A stretch of DNA of 60,537 bases, counting the filler, from Basidiobolus meristosporus CBS 931.73 (lineage: Eukaryota > Fungi > Basidiobolomycota), in NCBI GenBank assembly GCA_002104905.1. It is 3 parts of 3 records of this genome, joined end to end, with 100 filler letters (N's around TTAATTAATTAA, not from the genome) between each part and the next. Parts side by side here need not be neighbours in the genome. Positions count along the whole stretch, not along the records: positions 19,847 to 46,201 come from MCFE01000918.1; positions 46,302 to 60,537 come from MCFE01001184.1; 1 more part is not named here. One strand, given 5' to 3'. Positions 39,501 through 50,537 of the stretch are shown in pieces. Each line of letters opens with the position of its first letter. Positions within the stretch are counted from its first letter, which is position 1. Under the pieces are notes generated by a model, which saw only the letters and a program-made list of their open reading frames with translations, had not been told where the DNA came from and made no database searches. The translations under genes and the position numbers were made by a program.

Positions 39501-42500
39501 CAGTACCCATATAAATATATACCAAGGATTCCTTATGGAGCTAAGTGAGCCCAGTAATCCATCTGCTGTTGAGTGATGTAATGTTGTAGCTAGAGAAGTA
39601 GTGTGTAGCCACTAATACCAGTGATGGGGGCTTTGGGGATTTACTGCTACTTCTTGCAAAAGTCATTCCAGGATGCAACTTACCATTACATCTTACTAAT
39701 GTACAATTATCATGTGGCTGGCCACATATGACCCACAGACTGTCCTGATACCACAATATGTCAACAGCTGCATGGCATTCACATTGGGAAATGCCACCAT
39801 TGCAAGGTGTTCAACTTGTCAAGAATCCACAACTAATGGAGGAAAACATTGTTCACGCTCCAGATATATTCTACTAATACCCCATCTAAACAGGCTCATG
39901 CAGTCCAACAAATATTGTGAAGCTCTAAAGTACCATACTCAGTATTAATCAAGCACAAACATATCAGATGTATTTGATGGCAAACACCACAAACAGCTAA
40001 GAAGCAAGGGGTACTTTAAAGGTTGGTATGAACATGCCTTTGCCTTTGCACTTGATGTGTGGTAATGGAAAGTATTCCATTACTACAATATCTCTAAACC
40101 AATATTGCACTCATTTCTTTATTTTGCTATTTGCTATTGTAACACACAAGTGAAAGATCAAGAATTTCCAACTTTGAAGAACAAATGCTCCAGACCTTGA
40201 CAAGCAATCCACCCAAGAATATTATATCATACAGAACACGTAGTAGCCAACACATGTTTCAAACTACAGCTCATTTGAAGCAGTACTTAAGGAGTTATGA
40301 CCAAAAGAGTGCAATTATTATATATACTATGCCTTATTGCTAGGATTACTATGGTGACTTGGATTGCGTGTAACTTTTGAACCAGCCCATCAAATCATGT
40401 GAAATTTTTACAGGTGCTGCGCCTATGTCCGATCTGTGCCACTGCAAAATTTTAGCTTTGTATCATGTGTATTGCTTGCGCAATTGCCCAAAAACGTTGA
40501 TCCTTCAAAATTTTCATATATATGACTTCCCCAGCTGAAAAATAAAGGGAGAGCCTCTCTTTCCAGAATCTCCACACTGCAATTACAAGTTTAAAGGTTA
40601 TAAGACTTCCCCTGCATCACTTGCACTGTTGAGTATTCTGAGTGTGGTCAGTACTACATCAGTAAAGAGACTGCAAAGCTCACAAGAATCCAACCTAAGT
40701 TCTAAAAGAAACTACCACTTTTCTGTTGGAAAAGTCCCCTCTAAGAAACCTCTTTACTCAAAGGACCCCTTTAGAGACCCCTTTAGGAGACCCCTTTACT
40801 CTAAAGAAGCCCCTTTAGGCACCCCTTTAGTGTAAATTCCACTTTAGAGACCACTACAAGAAGCCCCTTTACTCTAAAGACACCCCTTTAGACACCCCTT
40901 TAGGTCTAATGACCCCTTTAGAGACTTCTACAACACACCCCTTTAGGTTAAAGGGGAGCTCAGAATTTCCATATTAGGAAATATTTTCTCAGAAAGAAAA
41001 GTGACTTCCAAATAAGGAAAAGTTACTAAAAAAGTAAATAAGCCCATTAGTCAGCAGAAGGTCAGAACACTGCTGTAGAAGTGATAAACACTGCCTACAT
41101 ATATTTTGAGCCTAAGATTGAGGAAATTGGTGAAAGCTATATTTTCTATTGGTATATCAAACTCACAATAAACTATTTCAGTATTAGCATACTGGAAGTT
41201 GTTGTATATTGTTGATTAGCCTCTGCATTGTAGAACAAGCCCCAAACTAATCATAATACAACACAACAGATGTATTTGCATTAAACAAGTATTCTACTAG
41301 CAAATACTGCTGGCTACTGAATATCATCAACCTGAATCTGCTGCCTATCTTACAGTATCAGAGCAGAATTCTGATGGTAGTCTCACTTACATCTGGGCTT
41401 ATATTGTCTTGCAACTGGGATAGCTACTTATATCCATTACTGGATAATTTGTTTATGCTTACTTATGGGATACTAACAAGTGGCCATCACATCACAGTGC
41501 AAATTATTATTTGCATTGGAGATACCCCACCCATCAGCAAGATTGTTGGCTTTACTGGGCAAAATGAACAGTAGTATCATCAAATGTGTGAGATTCTGGG
41601 GATTTACTCCATATCTCACACATGCAATTATCCAGACAATAACATTAAGAATGTCATCTTCTCACAGAGAAAATGTACAGAAGGCAGCATTTAATTGCAG
41701 CAAAGTGGTAGCTTAAAGCCATTGGCCAGAATATGAAATTAGTTTATGCCAGAAATGCTTAAGATAGGACACTGTTGTTGGAGCAAAAGCTTTCCATTGA
41801 GTGCAATGCATTTGCTTTCAATAACATCCCTATTCTAGAAACCAAGTTTACAGCTGGTATTCCAAGCTAAATGAGCCCTTCAAGATACTGGAGATATTTG
41901 AAATAATTGGCTAGATATTATAGTGCACCCTCTACCATAAGTACTCTGCATGGGCTCCAATCAATATTCATATGCATATGCAACAATACAAATACTAGGA
42001 CTGGATGAGCTGGATATTTATTTATTCAAGGGCCCTTTCAAAGCCTTTTTTACCAAGAGTACAATGGAAGCATTAGGAGTTATATGTTGCCATTGTTGGA
42101 ATTTATCTAGAAGTAGATCACCAATCTTAGCTAGACACATCTACAGCTTTTATGCAAAGAGTTTGTGACAGGATATGAGCAGCTATATTGCAAACATAAA
42201 GCTGAACATGTAAATCTCTGCTGCTACTGTATCCATTCTCTACTCCATCTTGCTTGGTGTAGAGAAAAATGGAGCTTGCTTTAACTTTTGGGAGTTTCCA
42301 ATGGACAGGACATGTGGGGAGATGAAAAGACAAGTCAAGTTGTAGGTACTGTCATATCCCAATCTCTTCAATAATATTACCTTCAAGTCCATCATGTATG
42401 TGTTGTGTTGGCACAAGGAGAACAGCCAGGAAGAGTTGGAAAGTACTCAGTGCAGAGGTGCACATTGAGAAGCCAAGTTGTCCCAATGTGGGGGTGTTCA

Positions 42501-43415
42501 GTCAAGTAATACAAAGCTGGGTTGGGCATGACAATCATCTAATTTCTAATAGGACAACTTTATCAAGGTATGCCAGTTTTCTCTTGATCACAGGCCTGTT
42601 TCTATACCATTCAATATGCCATACATACAAACAAGAGTCAGGGCACACTTGTAAAGAGTACTTGAATTTAGCAGGGGGAAGTAAAGTATTTGCTAAATAC
42701 CAAAAGGTTGTTTGTGAATATTCAGGGGGTAGTTTTGGCTAAAGTGGTGGCAGCCAAGCATATGTTTGCAAGATATATATGCTACCAGCAATATAAGATA
42801 AATGGAACTTTGCAAGTATGAAACTAAGCAGCTGTAAAGTTGAGGCAATAGAACTGTGCAAATTGTAGCAGGTATAAGTGTTTGCAGAGGTTAAAGAGCA
42901 GGAGGCCCAGTCTTTTCTTGATTTGAGCATTGTGTGAAATACCCAAGGTAGTAGTGGTAGCATATAAAGAGGGTTGATTCAATAGTGGAAAAATGAAACA
43001 TGCAAGTGGAGGTAGAAAAAGGAAATGCCATTTGTTAAATTGGTACAGTAGTGTTGTACAGAGTTAGCTGTATGCTGCTGTACTGCTGTTAAAATGACAT
43101 CATAGGCTTGCAATGAGGCCATAAGAATACTTCCAGTTTCTTGTCTTACAAGGTAACTGGATGTATTGGCTAGTTAGATCCACCCAAGCAAATGAAGAAT
43201 GTGTGACAACTTTTACAATGCCATGCAACCCTTGTCAAAAGATTTCTTAAACACTGTCAATTTCTAAGCTTAATTGGGCATTAGAAATAGCTAAATACTA
43301 ATACAACCCTGTCATAAGATTGCATAGAAGGATATTTTTCCCATACTGCTGGCACTTTAATGGCCTCCTGCAGGATCCTGACAGCTGATCTGGATTGAAT
43401 CTACCCACTGTAGTG
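36552..43415. mobile_element. Most complete CACTA-like copy: ORF2-side terminus, ORF2 (minus, ATG 38836), transposase (plus, ATG 39059)
   Basis: ACCATTGAAAAATAATTG resembles the other termini; divergent ORFs 222 bp apart; subterminal block at 43300-43415. Transposase split by solo LTR G. Confidence 0.75.
40058..41268 (-). mobile_element. Solo LTR, family G (1.2 kb), with a CCCCTTTAG-type repeat array
   Basis: TG..CA ends with a GATG duplication. The host transposase reads through when it is removed (ALD|G..LNKYSTSK). Array at 40735-40960. Confidence 0.7.
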
Positions 43416-43559
43416 AGGTCATAGTGACACTCACAGACACATGTGCCCATTCTCTTGTTTTCTACTCCTCTTTTTTCAGCTATGCTCTCAAGTGCAACTT
43501 TGGATTGAAGGTTAACCTGAATCATAGTAAAGTCAACAAATAACTGGGAGCCTGGCTCT

Positions 43560-45741
43560 TCCAAATTGAAGAGCATTTATGGCTATTGGAATTCCCCAGA
43601 TAAGAAGTGGTATTATGCTGCTTCTTATTTGGCATATACATGTTTACGGTGGTATCACAACAAGATCAATTTAGCCACCATTATGGTATGCTCCACTCTC
43701 TATACCTGGGATGAGCTTGTGTTGAAAATTTAGGATGCTTTTGAGTGTCCACACCAGCAGACATTACTAAGGAAGATGCTGAAGACAATTGGACAAAAAG
43801 CAATGGTGCAAGAACACATCTTTGGATATAGATATCTACTTGGACAGACTGAAAGAATGGACACCCTTGATCAAGTCAAATACCTTATTGATGGGTTGAA
43901 CAAAAGTACTTGCAAGGAAGTGAGTTGCTAAAGACCTTCAACTAATGAGGAAGCCACTAAGATTGCCATTGGCCTTGACTCAGCAAGATTTGGAGTTGTA
44001 AAGCACTAAGCAACTAATCACAAAGACCACAATCACTATAAAAGAGCACAATCTGAATCAGTGCCAATGCAAATAGATGTTATGCAGAAGAGTCCCAGCT
44101 CAGAAGATTGTAAGAAGAAAGGACTTTGTTTCAATTTCCACAAGTTTGGGCACATCTCAAAATACTGCCCTTGGAGAAGAAATGTACACCAGTAAACAGA
44201 AACCTTAAGCCATATTGAAGCCCAATTACATAGAGATATGTAATATGAGCTTGAAGAAGACCCAGAACTCATCTTTCATTTGAGAGAGTAATCCTTATCC
44301 CAAATGACCTCAAATTTGGGAAAGCTATTATACTTATGCAGAGTAATCAATGGAGTGCCAGTCAAGATCCTGATAGACTCATGAGCATCCCACAAGAGCT
44401 TGTCAGAATAATTTGCCTTGAAAACTGGAATCAGCTCAGAACCTACCAAATTAGCATCAGTTTCAGCAACTGATGGGATTTCTAACATAATTAACCATTG
44501 TGGTAGAGTAATCATATCTCCCACAGACAAGTTTGTCCATATAGGTATTATAATGCATGTGTTAATATTTATGTTATCAGTGTTATCCCATTTTTGTTGC
44601 CCAAATTATAAGTATTACCACATATGATATTTACCCTGAATAGTTATCAGCATTAATGTTATTTAGCTTTGTGACCATCAGATGTATCTACAGTAGGCAA
44701 GTACCCACATCAGTACCCATGAACATGACCCAGGACTTTGTTACCATTCCTACTACTTTAATACCCAATATGGTAACTCTTTGTTACTGAGGCTTCACAC
44801 TACAGATCCCTGATTGGGAGGATATACTGTGGCTTTTAGAACCTTAAGGGCATTCTTAAAGTGTTATTAGCTTATAGTGATGTCATCAAGAATGCTATTG
44901 ATGCCTGAAATCTTCTAAACCTTGTTATTAGTAATCACTTGGCAATCAGGCAAAGTATATATGGGAGGTTGGTCCCTGATCAATAAATCATTCATTCTTT
45001 CAGTAGCACTTTCCACTTATAGATTAGCAGTTGAGCACTGCACCTACCTTCAACAGTTACAGCTCAAACATTCCATCAAGGAGCTCCTCAGGGTGATGCA
45101 CATGGCACAAAAAGGCCTTTGGAGACACTTGGAGCACCTAGGAAGCTTGAGAAAAAGGACCTTTTATCAAAGTGCTATAGTGATGGAGACACCAGCAGCT
45201 TAGACCCAGAGGTTATTGCACCCATTAGACATCACAAATGCCTTGCACTGGGTAGCTTCTCCCAAGAGTACTTCTACACAACCACACTGCATTACTCAGC
45301 CAGTATGAATGAAGATTAATGACAATGAGGATCTACAGCCCTAGATTTTTGGAAACTGCAATTTGACCTGGTACTTGAAAGAACATGGCAATTCAGCTTT
45401 AATCCATCAATAAACTGGAGAACCCATGCCACTCAAATGCAAAAGGCAACCTGATCTATGAGCTGCTACCTGCCAGACTGGATTTCAGCTTGGTCAATAC
45501 CAGTGTGTTTGACACAAGTGAGCTTAGCAAGACATAGTTCTTTGCAGCACTTAGAAAAGGTACCCAGATGCTTTTCATAGCAGTATTACAGGATGATTCC
45601 TCTACACCAGTTCCCCAGAAAGTCCAGACTCTTCTAAAGGAACATTTAAATGTGGTCCCAGAAGAACTTGTATGCCTATCACCAGTCAGAAAATTGGATC
45701 ATGGCAATGACAATGGAGATAGCCCCCCAGTGAGTAAGACA
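43560..45741 (+). pseudogene. Ty3/gypsy family F gag-protease-preRT relic
   Basis: GLCFNFHKFGHISKYC knuckle (~44120-44170), KILIDS*ASH protease, LLKEHLNVVPEEL..RKLDH..PPVSKTPY. Confidence 0.7.
44499..45286 (+). mobile_element. Solo LTR, family C
   Basis: TGTGGTAG..CAACCACA with flanks CCAT/CTGC. Confidence 0.85.
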
Positions 45742-46201
45742 CCTTACATACTTTTCTCATTGGCTAAGTGATTACATATCATGGTGATCCACAAGGTTCT
45801 GAAGATTGATAAACATCTTAATGACATCAGAATGAGCTAAGAGTGTACTTAGTAGGTGCTGGCAGGTTCTAAGAGGCATAACACATCTGACCAATTGAGA
45901 ATCAATACTCTGAAACTTGTGTAACATAGAGATACCATATATGGTATAGGAAAGGTAGGGATGGTGACACAGTTTGACCATGTTTCACAGGTACTGGCAT
46001 GGGTACTTGCGTAATATAGAAGTACTTACAGCCAGTAATCTTACATAAAGTGATGGATAACTTATGCAATAAAGGTAAGCAGGTGTAATAGTCAGCCAGC
46101 TTATGAGATAGCACTGATCAAGTAAGACAAATGGGATAAACTAAAAAAGTGTAGTTGAGAATTAGGAAGTAGAAAATATTTGGAAGGAGCACATCTGTCA
46201 A
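45742..46201 (-). mobile_element. Partial family B LTR ending at the gap
   Basis: Collinear with 16905-17365. Confidence 0.8.
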
Positions 46202-46301
46202 NNNNNNNNNNNNNNNNNNNNNNNNNNNNNNNNNNNNNNNNNNNNTTAATTAATTAANNNNNNNNNNNNNNNNNNNNNNNNNNNNNNNNNNNNNNNNNNN
46301 N
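46202..46301. other. Artificial assembly linker (44 N + TTAATTAATTAA + 44 N)
   Basis: Identical in design to 19747-19846. Confidence 0.95.
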
Positions 46302-49300
46302 AATAGCAGTAGCATAATGCCATGGAACTCTTGCCAAAGTCATGGAAACAGAGCAACAGAGCAGAAATGTAGATTAAATGGTGGATTTTAATGGAGTTAC
46401 AAGTTGAGTGTGGGGTTAGGCTTACATTAAAGTAAGGTATAGGGACTTGTATAGGTCCATATAGTAAGCAATTGAAGTACAACTGAGGTTTCAACAAAAC
46501 TAAATCAACTTGTATGCATGAAAAGTAAGAGAAACAGTTGAGTCAGGAAGTAAGGAGTGTAAAAGAGAGGCAACAGCCAATCAATGTACCCATATGTATG
46601 AAGTGATAGAGTGTCCAGGATCAAAAGTGCAAGGCACACTGTTGACATGGCCTTTTTTGGATGTAGCCCCACTTGTTTCAATGAATGTCAAAGCAAGCTA
46701 CTGTCCAACTGTGCTTCTGCTACTGTCAGAGGTGGGGTTTGGTTGGGAAGCAGACAACTTTGCTTGATTCTTTGGTGGTATATATATGGAAGCAAGTCAA
46801 ACCAAAGGGAAATAGTGTTACATATACATGTGTATGTGGTGCCACAACTTTATTTTAATGCTTACTATGGCAGGTCATCATTGAATCTTACATTCATGTA
46901 GGTGCAATGTCTCAAATACAAAACTGTCTAAAATTCACATGGGCATTGACCAAAAAGTGGTATATTGCATTACGTTGTTGAAGGTCAAACTGTTTGCCCC
47001 ATGGACAAGACTACTTTGACTCAATGCTGTAAGAAAAGAGAATAAAGACCATGTGGCTATTGTGGCAAGCCTCACAGCCATAAAGCATGCAGAAAGCATA
47101 GTAAGTATTACAAGGATTTGCCACATAAGTCATATTTGGCCATTCATTGGCTACTACTGTACCAACATTTTCTTGCTAGCTGTTTGATACTTCTATATTG
47201 CCACCTGGTCATCTTTGTCATCATGCACAAACTGAGTCAGGTGAGTTTATGATGCCTTTAGGCTCACCTCAGCCTTCTAAATATGGCATGCAGAGTGATA
47301 GCTCTGACAAAAAAGGCTCACTGATGGATTGTGAGCATATCTCCCCTAACAACAGTGCCATACATGAGCCTGGTCAAATCCCAATATGCAATGAGACAGC
47401 ACCCATTGAAACAAATGCCAAGGATACTTTATGGATCCAAGTGCGCCCAGTAATCCATCTACTGGTGAATGATGTATTGTTGTGGCTAGAGAAGTGGTAT
47501 GTCTCTACTAATATCAGTAATGGGGGCTTTGAGGATTTATCACTACTTCTTGCCAAAAGCATTTTGGGATGCAGCTTACCATGTACATGGTACAAGTGGA
47601 CAACTGTCATGTGGCTGGCAACATATGATCCAAAGACTGTCCTGATTCCAGTAGGTGTTAACAGTTGCATGGCATTCACATCCAAAAATGGTACCATTAC
47701 AATGTGTCCAAATTGTCAGGAATCCACTCCATTGAGGGAAAACATTGTTCACTCTCTGGATATATTCCAGTAATACCCCATCTGAGAAAGCTGATGCATT
47801 CCAACAGATATTGCAAAGCTATACAATACCACACTCAGTATCAGTCAAGCACAAACATATTCAATGTATTTAATGGCAAACACTACAAACAGCTAAAAAG
47901 CAAGGGCTACTTTGAAGGTATGTATGACCATACCTTTGCCTTAGCACTTGGTGGATTCTCATTAAGCAAATACTCTACTAGCAAATCCTGCTGGCCACTG
48001 ATTCTCATCAATCTGAATCTGCTGCCCATCTTCCAGTATCAGAACTATAATCTGATAGTAGTCTCACTGGTATCTGGGCCTAAATCACTGTTCAACCTGG
48101 ATAGCTATCTCTATCCATTGCTGGATGAATTTTGCATGCTATCTGGCAGGATAACAGTAAATGGCTGTCACGTAAAAGCACATATTATTATCTGCATTGC
48201 AGATACCCCAGCCATCAGCAAGATAGCAGGTTCTTCCAGGCACAATGGATGGTATTGCTGTCAAATGTGTGAGATCCAGGGGACTTACTCCATAACTCAC
48301 ACACATCATTATTACCCAAACACCAGCACTAAGAACATCATCTCTCCACAGAGAGAGCATACATAAGTCAGCATGCAATTGCAGCAAATTTGGCAAGCTA
48401 TAAGCCATTGGTCAGAGTATGAAATCAATTGGAAGCTGGAGATACCTACAATAGAGGGTATCTATTGGAGCAAAAGCTTTCCACTGTGAGCAATACATTT
48501 GCTTTTCAACAATATCCCTATACTGATGACCAGGTAGTACATGGGGCATTTCAAGCTCAATGAGCCCTTCAAGATATCAGAGAAATTTGAAAGAATTGGC
48601 AAGATATTGCAGAGTATTGATTACCCTAAGTACTTTTCATGGCTCCAATTAATACTCACATGCTTATGCAACAATACCAATGCAAACACCGGATGACCTG
48701 GATATGTATTTATTCAAGTGGCATTCTGAAGCCATTCCTACTAAGAGTATATTGGAAGCATTGGGAGTCATATGTGGACATTGTTGGAATATTTATCCAG
48801 AAGTGGATCACCAATGCCAACTTGACACATCTACAGCTGTTGTACAAGGAGTTTGTGACAGGATTTGAGTGGCTATACTACAAACATAGAGCAGATTGCA
48901 TAGATCTCTGCTGCTACTGTATCCATTCTCTACTCCATCTTGCACGGTGTGTGGAGAATATTGGGTCTTGCTTCACCTTTTGGGAGTTTCCTATGGAGCA
49001 GATGTGTTGGGATATTGGAAGGCAAGTCAAGTTGCAGATACTACCATATCCCAATCTCACCAAGAATATTACCTTCAAATCCATCATGGATGTGATAAGT
49101 TGGCACATGGAGGACAGCCAGGAAGAGTTGGAAAATACTGAGGACAAATGTGCACATGGAGACACCTATGCCTATGGCATTAAGAAGCTAAGCAGCCCCA
49201 ATGTGTGGGTAATCAGTTAAGTAATGCAAGTTGGGTTGGGTGCAACAAGCAACTAATTTCTATTAGGAAAACTCCACCAAGGTATGCTGGATTTCTCTTG

Positions 49301-50537
49301 GTCACAAGCCAACTTATATGCCATTCAATATGGAACTCACACAAGCAAATGCCAGGGCACACGTATAAGGGGGACTAGAATCCAGTAGGGAGAAGGAATA
49401 TATTGGCTAAATACCAACAAGTTCTCTGTGGATATTCAGGAGGTGTTCATGACAGAAGTGGCAACAACCAGGCATTTGTTTGCATGATGTATATGTTATC
49501 AGCAGTACAATGTATATGGTGTGAGTACTAATTGTAGAACCCACTCTTTGCCCAAGAGTTCTCCCCAGAGTCCTACCCAAAGTCCCCCAGTAACCTCCCT
49601 ATGATTCCCCCATGTGCCCTCCCCCTATCCCTGCCCTTATCTATTTAGAACACTTACCATAACAGGAAGGTGTTCACACCCCTATTTTATAACACATTGT
49701 CAATTATCTAAGCCCCCCCAAGTGATATATATATACCTATTTAATTGAACCAAGTCAAAGGACAAGAGGATTTGGACAAAATAAATGCAAGTCTTTATTA
49801 CCTTGCTACCTTCTATCAGAAGCTATTCTGAACCAAGTGGTACTGACTTGACCTACAAGCTCTCCCTTGCACAAAGTACAGTCAGAAATAACCCACATAT
49901 GGCAACTTTGCAAGTATCATACTAAAAAGCTGTAAAGTCAAGGTGATAGAAGTATTTCAATTGCAGCAGGTATGCACATTTGTAGATGCTAGTAAGCAGG
50001 AGGCCATAGTTTTCTTTGGTTCAAACTATATGTGGAATACCAAAGGTAGTAGTGGGCAAGCAAATAAAGAGGGGTGATTCTACAATAGAATGTATGAACT
50101 GCACAAGGGGAGGTAGAAAAAGGAAATACTATTTGGTAAATTGGTACTGTAGCATTATACAGAATCAGCTGTAGGCCATGATACTGCCAATACAATGCCA
50201 TTAGAGTCTTGCTGTGAGGCCGTCAGAATACTGCCAAGTTTCTTGCCATATAAGGTAATTGGATGTCCTGGCCAGTTGAATCCCTTTAAAATAGTTGTAG
50301 AGCACAATAAGGCTGCAACAATACCATGCAATTATTGTCACAGCACCAATCAAATCTTGTCATGTTTTATCCCTTTATTTGGTAGTCAAATTAGTAAAAT
50401 GCCATTGTGATCCCATCATAAGATTGTCAAGAGGGTCACTAATTCCAAGCTGCCAGTATTATGATGGTCTCTAAACAGGATCCTGATGGCTGATTTGGAT
50501 TGTATTCACCAATGGGTCCATATTATTTTTCATAGGG
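46302..50537 (+). mobile_element. CACTA-like element with the best-preserved transposase (ATG 47001-~50300) and a right terminus
   Basis: N-terminal C-GYCGKP; 233-aa ORF 47665-48366 with Tnp2-like motifs; 193-aa ORF 48639-49220 (HSLLHL..FWEFPME); ends ATTATTTTTCATAGGG. Deleted ORF2 on the minus strand at 46302-46780. Confidence 0.85.
49520..49897 (+). mobile_element. Solo LTR, family E
   Basis: TGTGAGTA..ACCCACA with a perfect 5-bp TSD TATGG. Confidence 0.93.

Noticed and set aside
40735-40960. CCCCTTTAG array as a CRISPR array or telomeric repeat
   Set aside because: Units are 9-12 bp and irregular with no spacers, the context is eukaryotic, and the array is internal to an LTR.
40054-41272. 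Including the LTR G TSD (GATG) in the CpG-targeting pattern
   Set aside because: Any ancestral CG would be off-centre (GACG) and there is only one site.
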